Source: Podarcis pityusensis (taxonomy: Eukaryota). From it: a stretch of DNA of 64,000 bases. This document shows positions 1-14,177 of this stretch, piece by piece; the first letter of the stretch is position 1; the number at the start of each line of letters is the position of its first letter. The notes under the pieces are model-generated. The model did not search any database, was not told where the DNA came from, and was given only the letters and a program-made list of their open reading frames with translations. The translations under genes and the position numbers were made by a program. The stretch is from assembly GCA_964106645.2 (NCBI GenBank), contig OZ067046.1; one strand, written 5' to 3'.

Positions 1-967
1 TATATAAGTGATGGCTGAAATAATGATAGGTTATATTTATATACCTAGTTGATGTCTTGTTACTAGGTAAGCGATTGATGCAGTTCGCATGCTAATCTCA
101 CAACAAATGAAAATAGAATTATAATGTGTTTGGCATTTATGAGTCTAATCCACATTTCCTCCTCCAAATGCATGCACCCATTGAGTTATTTATTGATAAT
201 GGCTTTCTTTCTGCCTTTAGGTCAATTGCAAAAATCTTAGAAAAATCTGACATTTGTGATTTATGATATATGTCATTCATTTTCACTTTGCCTGACAGAA
301 AAGATCTGTGGAAATTTCCAAGTAGATTTCCTTACTCCTCTGGGGCAGGGGTTCTGTTCTGGGCCCCCACACATGTTGGCAGAACCCACGCAAAGCATTC
401 TACCCCACTCCTGTTCTGCCCTTTTAGTGATATTTTAGGGTAACTTCTGTGTTCAGCGCTGTATGCAATCGCACGCCAATAGAGCACACGTCAGTTGGTC
501 GGTGCCTGTACAATAAACTAAAGCCTGTGTCATATACGTACTTCCTATGCAAAGATGTGCACACCCTATTCACAAAGGTTATGTGTGTTCAGGGGGAAAT
601 CTAACACATGGAGCAGTTCCTGAAGGTCACACTAGACATGAATAAATGCATGGAGGAGCTACTAATTATGTCAGAGTTTCTTGGTTATTTTATAGTGCAG
701 GAGGGGCTTTTTATTTGGCCCATGATACATGGTGAGGGGAAGTTTTGGTTTGTTGTCATTGGGAGATCCCCCCCCCCCCTTGCTAATTGCAGCACGGGGG
801 AGAGATCAGTTATGGAAGTAAGGGAAAAACTTTGGCTCACCGTGCTGAGTATTTTTAATGTAAACCTGTGAATATGTAGATTTTTCTGTTTGGGTTGCTG
901 AGAATTTTTGCTAGAGTGTTTGCTAGAATTTAGAATGCTTGCTAAATTAAGTATTTTGTTTTGCTAG

Positions 968-1088
968 AATTCTACAAGTGCCAGCTGCCTATTCCCCTAT
1001 TGATCCAGATGCCCCTCCAAACTTGTCTGCATATTTTATGAAAAAGTGTAACTTCCAATATATCCTTGTGGAGAAAGACAGAGTTGAT
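968..1088 (+). CDS. AASDH: AASDH coding exon (first in window; gene starts upstream): ILQVPAAYSPIDPDAPPNLSAYFMKKCNFQYILVEKDRVD
   Basis: tag acceptor at 965-967, GTAAGT donor at 1089; AAYxPIDP is typical of adenylation domains; phase joins the next exon. Confidence 0.9.
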
Positions 1089-1254
1089 GTAAGTGCAAAA
1101 GCTGTCAACATGTTTAAATTGGGATATTAAAATGAGATTTTGAATTACACCTCACCTTTCATTTATCAAACATACAGCTTAATACTGCATGTTTTATTAG
1201 AAATCATCCTGCTGAGTTCAGTGGGATGTACTCCTAAGTAAGAATCTTCGAGCT

Positions 1255-1512
1255 AGTGATGGCATCAACTTGGATGGCTTGCAAAGAGAATAAGACTGTC
1301 TGTGACTACTAGTCTTAGTATACCTTGTGTTGTCGGTTGCATGCCTCTTTACACCAGTTTCTGGGAGAAGTCTTTGTACAAGTGGGAAGACTACAGTTAT
1401 GCTCAGTTTCTTCTCATGGGCTTCCCATAGGCACCTGGTTGGGCACTGTGAGAACAGAATTCTGGCCTAATTGGGTCTTTGGTCTGATCCCGCAAGGTGT
1501 TTAGGTTCTTAT
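1255..1512 (+). mobile_element. Old CR1-like 3' fragment; related remnants near 7216-7555
   Basis: TTGGATGGCTT...TGTGAGAACAGAAT...TTGGTCTGATCC motifs recur in the window. Confidence 0.5.
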
Positions 1513-1933
1513 TGCAGTTGAATGCTTATTTGCTTAGTTTTAAAACCCAGTCACCTTCATTTTTATATGTAAACTTTGCATAATATATACACATTAATTT
1601 GTACATCTGTTTAGAAAATGAAAATTTGCCTATCCAGGATGGAAAGAATCAACAAAATTCAAAACCTTATTAAACTAGTATACCTGGAAGTAAATTCCAT
1701 TGAACTCACTGGGCTGTAGCAAACTCCTGGTTTGTCTACTTGTTGTGGAGTAGTTCTTAGGGTGCACCCTTAGGGTTAAAAGGTCTCATTCCTTTCAAGT
1801 CAGATTAGGTATCCCAAATTTCTTATTACTTTAGAAAGATTTTTATTTGTCATAGGAGTACACTATAGAGAAAAGAACAACAGTATTTGCACACGAGTAT
1901 TATTCAGTTAAAACCATTATTTCTCTCTTTCAG

Positions 1934-2244
1934 AAATTCACAGTAGCACATGGGCATTTGTTCTGCCATAATTCCTTTGAAATACCAAAAGTTGGTTTGA
2001 TTCTTTTCCAAAGGAAGGGCAGTAATATTGAACATTTAAACAATAACAATGAAAGTTATGCCGTGCCAAGTGGCTTAGAGGCACAAGCCTTGGACCAGCT
2101 TGAGACAAAACCATTCAAAGACCTGCTGGATGTCAGACAGCAGCACTCCATAGCATATATTTTACATACATCTGGAACAACAGGGATCCCTAAAATTGTC
2201 AGGGTACCTCATAAATGTATACTGCCAAATATTCTTCATCTTCG
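1934..2244 (+). CDS. AASDH: AASDH exon with AMP-binding P-loop AYILHTSGTTGIPKIVRVPH
   Basis: ctttcag acceptor, cg|gtaagt donor; overlaps ORF 1958..2248; adenylate-forming enzyme signature. Confidence 0.95.
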
Positions 2245-5084
2245 GTAAGTGCTTTTTCCCAAAAAACCTTTCATAGATTTTTAAAAATAAAGGTGAGTAG
2301 CTAGAGGCCAGTTTATTTCTTTATTTGCTTTCATTTATAGCCTGTCTTTTTCACGGGATCAAAGTCAGCATGCCTGATGACTTTCTGCCATAGCTGTCAC
2401 CAAATTTTGCTTGTCGTAAATATTCAGAATTCAGAACTTGTATCAGAATAACACCATGTTTTTTGCCTGACTTCATTTAACTCTAGGTTTGTTTTTTAAA
2501 TGAGTTTGGTGGTAATTTTTGCTCTGATAGCATGCTTGTAATTAATATTTAACATTGTCAGGGTGGTGAAAGTTTGGCATATTTTGAACATACAGCATAC
2601 CTATATATGCATACTGAATAGAAAGTGCCACTGAGTTCAGTGGGTCTTACTGTCAAGGAATTGGCTGTGGGATTGCAATATAAGTGACAGATGTCAAAAT
2701 GTACATCTGTACAAACATAATGGCCCAGTTCACACTTAGACTAAACCGCAGTTTATGTGGAAGACCCTCCATGAATTCTAATGACCTGTTGGGCTCACTC
2801 CACCACCCCCATCTCTCACAGCAAGAAGGAGAGAACTTAATTTTGCTATCAAAGAATCTCTGCTTAGCAAGTATTAACCAGGGATTTGGTTTAAAACAAG
2901 CAGTAGTTGTTAAGCAAATAAACTTCAAACCATGGATAATGAAATGGGCTTTTTTCAGTAACCATTACAGTTTTAAGTAAAAATCCTTCGTTCATATGTA
3001 ATGTTACGCCAAATTCTTTAAAAGTGAAACAAAATACTGTAGACCTCCTCCTCCTCATTGCACAGGGGGAGGTGGGAGTGGATGAGCCTGATGATTTGAC
3101 CAGGCTCATGGAAACTCATCTACATAGCACTAAACCATAGTTAAGTGTTATATGCAAACCTCAGCCATTGATTTATTTGTGATGGCATGGTATGCTTGAA
3201 CATTGCAAGAGTAAAACTACTGTACTTCAACTTCATACGCCTTGCAACAAATGTTGAGTTTCAGATCTGATGTCTCTTTTGAGTACAGATTTTCCCAGGA
3301 GAACCCTGTGTCTGCTGTTGGTTGATTTCCCAGTCCCCTTCAGCTTGACAAGGCTGTTAGAGAAATTGGTAATAAATGAAATATGAGCTCCCACAGGAAT
3401 ATGGACCTCTTTTTAAAAAAATGAATTGTGCAGAAATTATTAGGAAGATTCCTTGTTCTTCTTTTTGTGGGCTTGTGTTTTTTACTTCCTTGATCAGCAG
3501 ATGTGTTGGGGGGAAGAGACAACTGAATATCCCAAATAACACAGGTGTATCACCCAAGCAATGCAGATACTTCCTAGACTGGTGTCTCTTGGGGCTGGTT
3601 CACACAATATTCATCACTTTATCCCACCAAGATTTAATACTACAAGCAGAATTCCATCACCTCTAATGCTGTGCTTTTGAAAGAAGTTAGCTGGCTGTAA
3701 GCAAGTGTAAAAAAACCAAACCAAACCAAGTGATGGATGGGTGAAACATCCCCTGGAAAACTGGGAATTTTTTTGGTACGTTATTTCAGCTAGTTATTTA
3801 ACTGCATCTGCAATTTGCAGAGTAAGAAGTAAATATCTATTGTTGTTTTTGAAGACAGATAATCTTGGCATGTTGCTTTCATATTCATCACAACCTAGCT
3901 TTTAAAATTTTTTTCTAATTGTCTTTAAAACATCTTTCTCCTCGCCAACAGAATTTTTGTTTTTCAAGAGCTTTGTTGTAATTCCAGTTGATTGTTTGGA
4001 TGCACTGCTTTCATAACAGAAATAATAAACCATATGTTTCTTATGGGTGAATTAAGCCATTAAGCCATTTTGAGTTCTTAAAAAAAAAGCAAAAAGCACA
4101 GGCAGCCTTGAAGAAACACTTTAGTTTTTGTATTCTCTTTTTCATTTCAGTTTATTTCCTAACATGGTACATTTTGGATGTAATCCAGCAATGTTAGGTG
4201 CTTTTAGGTTTCATTTATTTTTCTCCCAAATACATGGAATTTGAAAGTGCCTGGCTTTGGCTGGACTGTACCCTACAGCAGTCGATTGCGCCCTGCCTTT
4301 TGTGATAGCAGCAATTTAGGATCTGGCACAATCACATAGAAAGTGGGCTGAGCTGAGGGTTTGCTGGGTGGGGAGCACAGAACACTCCCCATGGCCACAG
4401 ATTTGCTTTACCTGCCCACAGCCCCTTTCCCCAGACACTTTTCCCCAAATGAGTGCTCTGATATCAGATGCGGCTATGACTAAGGGGAAAAATCTTGGGG
4501 TGGGTGGGTGGGGAGTAACTACAAGGAGACAAGCTATTGGTGGGGCAGGAAGAATTTGACTACAGTCACCCACCATGTCCTTTTTAAATTAACCTCATTC
4601 TGTGCTGGGTTTGTTTAATTTTACAACATTTTATTGTGCTTTGGGATTTTCCTGTAATTAAAGTAAAATCAATTGCAAACCTTCCAGTTTCATGTTGAGT
4701 TTTTTTTTTAAAAAAAGAAGCCTAGGAAACATTCTAGGTTATAGAAAATAATTATTCAAGCTTGACAGATTTTAAACAAATATATATCCTGTCAGAGCTC
4801 GAGAACAAGAAGACCTAAGGGAGAGAGAAAACTGGACCCACAGAATAATTGAATATTCCAGGTGGAGGAAATGAAAGTGGGTAGGGGGCAGTCGAGCATT
4901 TTCAACTTGCCATGCCCTCTTATATTGGTGGGAGGGGGTTTCATTGGCTTGTTTGATGCCTGCATGATTCTGTACATCTCCATTGTTAGATATGGGGGGG
5001 GGGGTCTATCTGTGAAATTGCTAGTTTTGGATTCCAAATTGCATTCGATGGTTGAAGAGGTATTTGTGTGTCTTTTTTCTTTAG

Positions 5085-5277
5085 GGATGTATTTAAGGTC
5101 ACACCAGATGATACAGTGTTTATGGCCTCTCCCCTGACATTTGATCCATCTGTAATTGAGCTGTTCATTGCTCTGGCAAGTGGGGCTTCCCTGCTTATAG
5201 TTCCTAACCTGATTAAAATGATGCCACAGGAGTTGTCTGAGGTTCTTTTTCAGCACCACAGAGTGTCTGTATTACAG
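5085..5277 (+). CDS. AASDH: AASDH exon DVFKVTPDDTVFMASPLTFDPSVIELF...VSVLQ
   Basis: ctttag acceptor, cag|gtgaga donor; FDxS adenylation core motif. Confidence 0.95.
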
Positions 5278-6160
5278 GTGAGATATGAGAAGTGCTAACT
5301 GTTTGCTCTGAATGCTGCTTCTGCACAACACTGGAATACAATGATGATCAATCAGTACAGTCATTTGGCTTCTGTGCATTTTTAAATCTCTCACTGAAAA
5401 TGTGCAGTGACGGTGAAAAATGAGACTGACATGTTAAGGATCATTAGGAAAAGGATGGGGTGGGGGGAATGTGCTGTGTTTGTTTTTCCAAGTGTAGCTT
5501 CTGTCAGTGTTCCACTTGAGCTTTAGACTCAGTTGACCTGCTTTTATTAAATGAGTAAAAAAAATTAAAAAAATAAAAATAATCAGCATGTTGCTTCCAA
5601 GTAAATATTATGGATTTGAGCTATATGTGTACTTAGGATATATGCAACCTTTGTTTACAGCTTCTTAAAATTTGGACATTTTAAGACTATCATAGAATAG
5701 TCACTGAGTAATTGCAGTTTGCAGAGTTTCTGCTTAGGGTTGTCTCAGAGAGAAAAGAGGCCACTTAGCCATGGCTTGTCTTCCAGCAGTGAATTAAAGC
5801 CCTATCACTCACTGTGAGCATCATGAGACAGTGTCCAGGTGTCCAGATATTGAGAACCTAGTCTTTATGACCATAGTCCTTAACTAGCAGAACCAGTAAT
5901 GGGTTCTCAGTAGCTACACAACTGATCCTGCTGATTTCTCTTTTCATCCAACATTAATAGTTTCCAAGCAGCACAAAGTACATGGAAAGTTACAGTGCTG
6001 ACATTCTCACTTAGAGGGGCCCTAAGTCTGCTGCAGTCTAAATTCTGTCCACAGGGCTTCTAGTTGCCTGTTTCTGTTGTATATGGTAGTACAAGTAACA
6101 GAAATAGATTTTGGTGGATGGCAGATACTTATCTGGAAACTTATTTCCTATAATGCATAG

Positions 6161-6402
6161 GCTACACCCACACTTCTGCGCAGATTTGGAGTTCAGCGCA
6201 TTAAATCAACAGTGTTGTCTGCTGATACGTCATTGCGAATCTTAGCTCTCGGTGGAGAAGCATTTCCTGGACTGAATGTGCTAAGAAGCTGGAGAGGAAA
6301 GGGAAACAAAACACACGTGTTTAATATCTATGGTACTACAGAAGTTTCCTGCTGGGCCACATGCTACAAGGTTCCTGAGGAGGTTTTTAGTTCTGATCAC
6401 CG
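6161..6402 (+). CDS. AASDH: AASDH exon ATPTLLRRFG...LALGGEAFP...NIYGTTEVSCWA
   Basis: catag acceptor, cg|gtagga donor; GGE and YGxTE adenylation motifs. Confidence 0.95.
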
Positions 6403-7056
6403 GTAGGAAATGTCATTCTGTTTTGCTGCCTGCATGCACACTTTGGTTGATGAATAAATGATAAAAAGCTTAGTAGTACAAATCCTCTGTAGATGGAATG
6501 ATCTTAGTGGATTTCTGTGGGTGTTTGATATGAGAGAGAATTTCAAAGGCAGGCCCTTAACATTTGGATAAAATGACCTTAAAGAAGTAGTCACGTTTTC
6601 AATAGTACTTGTGTTGCATTTTTAATCTTAAGAAATAATTCACATGAGCTGAAGCATCTGTCAGAAATGGTTGTTGGCGTATTTCTTTTTCCAGAGATGC
6701 TTTCTAACATCTACATGATGTTTGGGCTGAGATGTCATCAACATGCAGATGAGACATAGTTTTGCAACACTTTTCCACCTAATCCCAGGGAGGCAGTGGA
6801 AAATCTGAACATGTCTAGGGGCTAGATTGGGGTACATGACAATGAATAAGTTGAAAATTGAACCAGACAAGTGCCTCGGGTTGGGAAATGTGCAACTCTG
6901 ACTGGTAGTCCGGGACAGAGTTGCTTTCCTCCAAGAGGGCCAAGTATTTAGTTTGGGAGTACTCCTGGATTCTTCACTTTCGATGTTATATTTTAGAACT
7001 TCTCTCCCTGTCTCCTACTCCTACATTACTTTTCCCTTTTTTCTCCTTGGTTTTAG

Positions 7057-7163
7057 ATTTGATTCCCTTGTACCACTGGGAACCCCACTGTCTGGAACAA
7101 CAGTTGAAGTCAAGGATGCTAATGGTTCTGCCGTTCTAGAAGGTGAAGGTCAAGTGTTCATAG
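7057..7163 (+). CDS. AASDH: AASDH exon FDSLVPLGTPLSGTTVEVKD...GEGQVFIG
   Basis: ttttag acceptor, g|gtgatt donor; phase consistent. Confidence 0.93.
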
Positions 7164-8057
7164 GTGATTTTCTATCTAATATTTTTAATTATAGAGTTTA
7201 CTACCTGAAGGTGTGGTGAAAGCCATGAGCTTAAATGGTCCTTTAAAAGGATTAGACAAATCTATCAACAGTTGCTGGTCATGATAGCTACTTTGAACCC
7301 CTATGTTCAAAGACAGTATGCTGGAGAAGAGTGAGCAAGCAGGCTGTTCCCATCATGCGCTGTACCCTGCTGGATCAAACCAGTGGTACATCTAGACCAG
7401 CATTCTGTTCTCACCATGGCAAATATGACCAGTTGCCTAGGGGAAGCCATAAACAGCACTCTCCTGTAAAAAAGTCTCTGACTTCCTGGAGGCATTCAGT
7501 TGACCAGCACTATAAACAAGATGCTGGACTTTTCCTCTGATCCAGCGGGGCTTTTATTTTATTATTAACTGTGTTTAGAACTTCTGGGAACAACCCTGTG
7601 GTTTTATTTACTGGTGACTTGGAGCCTTTGAATAACCTAGATAGTGGTGCTTTGAAGCAGATTGGCATTCGTTTTAAAAAATAGTTTTTTGTCTGAACTA
7701 GCATGTTATCTCCTGTTCTTGTTAGCTGGGCATAACATACTGGCACATCCAAATTAAAATGTGGTATTTTTGGTTGTCATTGTCCTAAGACAACTTTTTA
7801 ACGACAGCATCAGCCACATTTTAAATAATCAGGCAGGATGTTGCTTTTCGTATCCATTCTAGTCACCTAGTGTAAATGTTTCAGATTTTTAGTATTTGAT
7901 TTTTTTAAAAAACTGTGCCTTCCCCCAGCTGGATGGCATATCTGTTGCTTTCTTTTTCTTTTTCTTTTTTCTTTTGTTACCTGCTCTTTAGCCATCTTTC
8001 TGGCTCTTGATGTCTGCTTGTGGACCACTTTGGTCTGCATGATCTTTTTTTAAACAG

Positions 8058-8230
8058 GAGGTGAGGAACGTGTCTGCTTTCTTGATGATGAAGTAACACT
8101 ACCTAAGGGCACAATGAGAGCAACTGGAGACTTTGTAAGAGTAAAGGATACCGAAATGTTCTTCTTGGGGCGGAAGGACAATCAAATTAAACGTCATGGC
8201 AAGCGCCTCAGTATTGAATATGTACAGCAG
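8058..8230 (+). CDS. AASDH: AASDH exon GEERVCFLDDE...MRATGDFV...GRKDNQIKRHGKRLSIEYVQQ
   Basis: aaacag acceptor, cag|gtaatg donor; TGD and GRxDxQxK motifs. Confidence 0.95.
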
Positions 8231-9548
8231 GTAATGTAATAAATAACTAACTATCAAAGTTCTTAGGTAGACTGAGAGAGCCTGGTCATGATCTTTGTCC
8301 TGTTAATCTCATTTCTGGAGTACTGCAATGAACTCTACATAGGGCTACCCTTGAAGACTGTCCGAAATAGGCAACTGGAGCAGCAAGATTGTTGTACAAG
8401 ATGGAATCGTGACATATTTCCTGGGGATTAGTTCCTTTTGATGGTCTTTCCCCAGTTCGTAATTCATGTGGACACACTGGACAGCAAAACGGGGCAAGAG
8501 ACTTGATTGAAAGGGTTCCCTCTAGACAATAGGGTTCCCCAAGATATGCAAGAAAATCCTGCCTTTAAAAATCTAGACCCCATTCCCATACCAACTCTGG
8601 CGGGGAATGAGGGCTGCACATGCATACTACCTTATTCTGCCTTTGAATGTTGATAACAGAGAGTAACATACAGGCACAAACCCTCTGATAGCCATGGCAT
8701 TGAAGAGGAGCAAGCAGTCTGCTTTCAGAAGGTGGCACATGGCCTTGTAGCTGGCTTCATAGATACCCCACTGAAGACTTTCTGCTTGAGCCCTGTGCTT
8801 CTTGTGTTACTAGTGGGAAGGCTGTTGTCTTTGTCTTCTCTACTCATCCCTCTCTATTTTTTTGTACATCCGTATTTGTACTTTTCTGAAATAGCATTGA
8901 GTATTCAGTAACTCTTATTTGATTGCTATCGATTCAATACCTTCTTTTCACGGTGTAGAATATTGTTCTACAGAAGATGCCCAATAGAAGATGCATTTGG
9001 AAGCTCTAAAATTATTCTCTCTGGTTAATAGTAGCCTAGACACCCCCCCCCCCGAAAGATAGTTATTTCAGCCATACTGGAAAAATCAAACAATACTCAA
9101 AGCCAACAGTATTTATTTACTTTCCATTCACATCATGTGATAGGAATTTGTGATATGACTATCTCATGATTAAAATATTTGTATTCATTGCCAGCGTTGT
9201 TCTCTCCCCACCTCCCCTGCCTTTCTCTGTAGCTGACAAATAGCTACCTTTCAAGCATTCTGTGTAAGTGTAATATTTATAGACTCCTACACGAATAGAG
9301 GTTCAATAAAAAGTGCTTATGCATCTCTCATTGTCTAGGTCCAGCAGTGCAATAACATCCACCCAGCTTTTCAAATTACATATTCTGCTCGTTCTTCAGT
9401 GCAATAATTTTTATGGATTTGAATTATAAAATGAAGAAAGAGTTGAGGAAAATAGAAGCATCTGATTTACTTCCTTATATGTTGCTTGTAGTTGTAGTTT
9501 TCTGTAATAGTTGCTAGATTAAGCCAGAGTAATCAATTTATTTTTCAG

Positions 9549-9741
9549 ATTGCGGAAGGCTACTGTCAAGCAGAAACATGTGCTGTGATATGGTATCAAA
9601 TGGAAAAATTAATTCTGTTTGTTGTGCCCAAAGGCAATTTAAAAAAAAGAGACATTTTAAAGAAACTCCAGGAACGTCTTCCTAGCCATGCAGTCCCAGA
9701 TGAGGTTTTGCTGATAGACACTTTACCATTCACATCACATG
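9549..9741 (+). CDS. AASDH: AASDH exon IAEGYCQAETCAV...LPSHAVPDEVLLIDTLPFTSHG
   Basis: tttttcag acceptor, g|gtaaga donor; LPxTxxGK motif split over the next junction. Confidence 0.93.
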
Positions 9742-10700
9742 GTAAGATAAATTATGTTTAAATAAATGTCGTTAATAATTTATATTGAGCACTCTTCCAT
9801 TTTAAAAATCAGCTCAAATTGAAAGTATATTATTTAAAAACGCATGCAGGACCGATGCAGTGCAAACATCCATGCATACCAAGTTTTGAAAGTCTGGAAA
9901 AAACACACACAAAAAGGTCTAAGCATGACAGCAACGATTACATAGAAATCTCACTTGTCAAGTCTCCTTGGGGAGTCTGTCCTATAATTGCAGTGTAACT
10001 TTGCAAGCAGTATACGTATATGTTGTGTTTAAGTGTTGTGTAGAAGCCAAATGTGTCCAATTCTTTAGTGAATCTCAGCAAAAGCAGAGCCATTCTCAGA
10101 GCTTTAATTTTCCTTTTTCTTGGAGCAACAGACATACAAGAAACAGTTTTGACACTCTCAGAACTGGTTTGCCACACAGATTAAAGGACAAGCTATATGT
10201 TAAGCTTCACTGAACGCATAGAGCTAGCCTGAATTGTGATGGATGGTGATCTATACATACATACACATCTCCTGCAGCCTCCCCATCATCACCACCACCC
10301 CACTCCTCCATCAGGCATGGATTGCATTAAGAAAGAAACTCCCGTGGGCATTAATGTGATATTTTTTTCCTAATGCTTATTGTCATGCTGGGAGGTGTGA
10401 GTTGAGGATTTGTTTACCAAGATCATAACTGAGGTTGGAAGACTTAAACCTCCAGCAATGCTGTGCTTCCAGTGACTTTCATTCCCCTTGCATTGCTTCT
10501 GAAATTTTATTTTAAAAATACACACAGCATGATTGCTAATGTAGGTAACATAATGTGTACTTCGTCCTTGAGGTCTGCGTTGTAGTAAAATAGATGTGCA
10601 TGCCTATTTGTACCTAATGAAACTTCGAGCCTTAGCAAATATGTTGAAATCCTTACCTTTCATATATTTTTTTTAAAAAAACCTTTTCTTTTGTACAAAG

Positions 10701-10816
10701 GCAAAATGGATGTGTCTGAGCTGAGCAGGATTTACGGCAGCCATTTGAACTCTAGAAGGTGTGACAGTAAGCTGAAGGAGAATGAATTGTGGGAGAGATT
10801 GCAGCATTTATGGAAG
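10701..10816 (+). CDS. AASDH: AASDH exon KMDVSELSRIY...LWERLQHLWK
   Basis: pyrimidine tract plus aag acceptor, aag|gtagtg donor; phase consistent. Confidence 0.9.
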
Positions 10817-11155
10817 GTAGTGTTTTAAGCTGCATCTGTATCATAGCAATTGAGTTTCCATACATGTTAGGAATGCGGGAGAGGAATATAGTCTAAATAT
10901 TTTTTGGCATGTGCAGCATATACTACAAATCCCTACATTAATTTGGTGTTTTACTACAGCTTTGCAATAATTACGGTATATGGAAACAATTATCCCGCTC
11001 CCCTACTCACCCTCATGGAAGGCTTAAAATTTGGTAAACAAATGTAGCAAACAGATTGGTTTGCTGCCATCTAATCTATCAAAACTTTCAGAAAACCATT
11101 TCCTAAACTAAAAGAACTATATCAGTACTTGCCAACTGGGAGTAAATGGAGCATG

Positions 11156-11158
<3 letters not shown>

Positions 11159-11195
<37 letters not shown>
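11159..11195. repeat. (AT)n microsatellite
   Basis: Direct inspection. Confidence 0.95.
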
Positions 11196-11196
<1 letters not shown>

Positions 11197-11944
11197 CCAT
11201 TATGTAGTGTTTCCTAATATATTTAGGTTCTAATTTTTATGAACTGGAGTTGCATACAGATGAGCATAATTTTTACCCTGCGTTTCTTAAGATGTGTACA
11301 CACAGTTTGATTATATTGTTCTGTTCCAGCAGATGCCCCTGGCTAAGTTAAGACCCCAGACCCAGGTTCTTGGCGTAAAGTGAGCACAGAGAAAGGGTTT
11401 CCTTATTTCAGTGTAAGAGAAAGGGGGCAATAACAATTGCTTCCTTTTCCTTTCGTCCCAACAAGTTTTGCCCTGTTTTATAGAAATCTGGAGTTAGCCA
11501 AGATTTTGGGTTGTATCCAATGTTATTCATACTGAAATTAATGGGCAGAAATTAATTGGATAATCAACTTTAGTTTGACTGGCCAGCTACTTTGATAATT
11601 GTTTTGTACTCTTTTTATATTGTTTTATGCTTTATTGTTGTAGACCACCTTAATATTGTAGTATAGAAAAGGCAATATAAACACTTTTATTAAAATAAAA
11701 TAAAATAAAAAGGACTTCATTCCTACATGTGCAACCTTTCAGGGGCAATGTGCCAGTACTGAACAAAACAAAACAGAAGTAGAAGTGGGCAGAACCATTG
11801 GTACAAAATGCTGCCTTCCAGCTGTGCAAAAGCCAAAGGTTTCTATGCACGCACCCATGCCGCTCCATCAAGGCAAGCAAAGAGGCATTATCAAAGTCAA
11901 AAGTGTGTGCATTACATGTTTTGCTTCTTCCTTTCACCCCCTAG

Positions 11945-12707
11945 GCTGTTCTGAATTTCCCAGATGAATCCACAAGCATTTTAAAAGAGTCACGGTTTTT
12001 GCACAGTGGCGGGGATTCCTTAAAATCATTACAGTTCCATGATGAAATTGAACATATGGTAGGCAAGCCTGTCCCTGGCCTCCTGGAGATTATTCTCAGT
12101 AGATCCATCGAAGAGGTCTACAGACATATCTTAAAAACAGTTTTCTCAAGCAAAAACCTGAAATTAAGCTGTAACAATGCTGTAAAAAGAAAGCTGAGTG
12201 AAAGCAGCAGAGAGGAGTCCAGCAAAAAGTATGTGCAGCTAAAACCTGAAAGATCCCCAGTAGTTGAATCAAATTTTGTTGGATTTACTGCCGTGACCCG
12301 AGGAAACCGGTTGTTGTCTATGGGTGACCCCTTGAAGAACCACAGTAATACAGAGCAAGCAGGAGAGAGCGAAGTTTTGCCGAGTGTGCGGGATAAAACA
12401 ATTGTCAGCAGTGCAAATATGGCAGAAGATGATTCTATACTAAACACTCCTGTACATGAGAATCTTGGGCAAACGGCTGAAAAGTTAATGTTGCATCTCA
12501 GATGGAAGTCAGACCTGGGCAAATGTGTGGATGCATCTCCACTAGTTGTCACCGAAAAATTATCTGCCTTTGTGTATATTGGATCACATTCTCACGTGAT
12601 ACAAGCAATTGACCTATATTCAGGAAAAGTCAAGTGGGAGAGAAACCTTGCAGATCGCATTGAGTCATCCGCCTGCGTATCTAGGTGCGGAAACTTCCTT
12701 GTTGTTG
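11945..12707 (+). CDS. AASDH: AASDH large exon: carrier domain with phosphopantetheine serine (FLHSGGDSL), linker, start of PQQ-type propeller (WKSDLGKCVDASP)
   Basis: ccctag acceptor, g|gtacgt donor; ORF 11999..12829 reads on into the intron. Confidence 0.95.
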
Positions 12708-13362
12708 GTACGTATTTATCGCTTTTCTCTTTGCTTTGGCATTCTAAGCAAGGGGTGGCTAACCCTCAACCTGCAGGTCTTACCTGCTCCCCCAAGCAAT
12801 TTTGTTCCTTTTCTCCCTCAAGGCCTTAGCCAATTTGGCAGTGGCAGAAACAAAACAAGGAAAGACATGGTGCTGGTTGATCATTTGATCAGCAGGGAGG
12901 GGGCAATTACAAACAGATCAGGTCAGATGTCCTGTATATTTATGTACAAGGCCGTGGTGTGGCTATACCTATTTTTAGCTACACCCATCATTGGCCAAGA
13001 GTGAATAAGGTCAATGGGCCAAAAGAGTTTAGCCACTGCTCTTCTAATCAAAACTTACAGCAACTGAACAACTAGTGATTTTTTAAGACCGCTTCATAGT
13101 TCAGTAGCTGATTTAGTTCTTTTTTTATTCTAATAAATGTGGGATGTACCATGGGCTAGTAGTTTTCTCAGCATATGAAAAGCAGTGCCCATCAATGGAG
13201 ACCAGTTTATAAAGAATCCCACGGAAGTTTTGAATGGACTTCCTGTATTTGAATGAATGATAAGCATGTAAGGACTTCAAAAATTAAGTATTTTTGTGGA
13301 CAGTTAAATAATTCAGTGCCTATCCAAATATATCTGCTCTCTGTGGCTGTGATTATTTGCAG

Positions 13363-13526
13363 GATGTTATAATGGGTTGGTATATGTCCTCAGAAGGAGT
13401 GATGGAGAAACACACTGGACATTTGCGACTGAGGATGCTGTGAAAAGTTCTCCAGCTGTGGATCCTTCCACAGGAGTAGTCTTCATTGGATCTCATGACC
13501 GTCATGTATACGCTTTAGATATTTAT
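13363..13526 (+). CDS. AASDH: AASDH exon, PQQ-type propeller (CYNGLVYVL...VKSSPAVDP...GSHDRHVYALDIY)
   Basis: tttgcag acceptor, tat|gtaagt donor. Confidence 0.95.
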
Positions 13527-14051
13527 GTAAGTAGTCATGAATGTTTGGCCAATAAGAAATAATGAAAATGCCTCCTATATCTAGTATTTATATAGCGCAA
13601 AGCAAGTCCCTTTGATTTTAGTGGAGCTTCTAGGTAACTTAGAATTGCAGTCTTAACGCAAGTTAGTCAAATGTAGCTCAAGCTCCGTAAGAAACTGAAA
13701 ACTACAAACCGTCAGCTGTTACGGGCTTTTAAAAATCCCAGTTAGCTAGACCTGCTTTAAATGTGGTCAGCTTATTTGGTGCTTACAACCCTAACACCGC
13801 TGCTGAGTGTGTCTAATGCCGTTTATGAGGTAGAACTGTGAACCCCGTATTTTTGTTCTGAATAGTAATAATGAACTGGTTGCAACTTTGGGTATAAGTA
13901 TCATCCCAATTAAGCACAAAGATTCTTCCACAGTGGAACACATGCTAACACTGTACCAATTTGCAGAATTTTGAAACCATGTATTGCACTTTAACATTTA
14001 GTTGAGCAATGGAATCATTAACTTGCATTTGTCTTTCTGTTATGCTGACAG

Positions 14052-14177
14052 AGGAAAGAGTGTGTCTGGAAATTACACAGTGAAGCTGGAGCTGTATTTT
14101 CCTCTCCTCACCTAAATCTGTTACCACATCACCTGTATATTGCTACACTTGGAGGACTGCTGCTAACTGTAAATCCA
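14052..14177 (+). CDS. AASDH: AASDH exon RKECVWKLHSEAGAVFSSP...LYIATLGGLLLTVNP
   Basis: gacag acceptor, cca|gtatgt donor; 42 codons. Confidence 0.92.

Noticed and set aside
12708-13004. ORF extensions past the AASDH donor at 12707
   Set aside because: Intron read-through into a decayed hAT-like remnant; the spliced frame continues correctly at 13363
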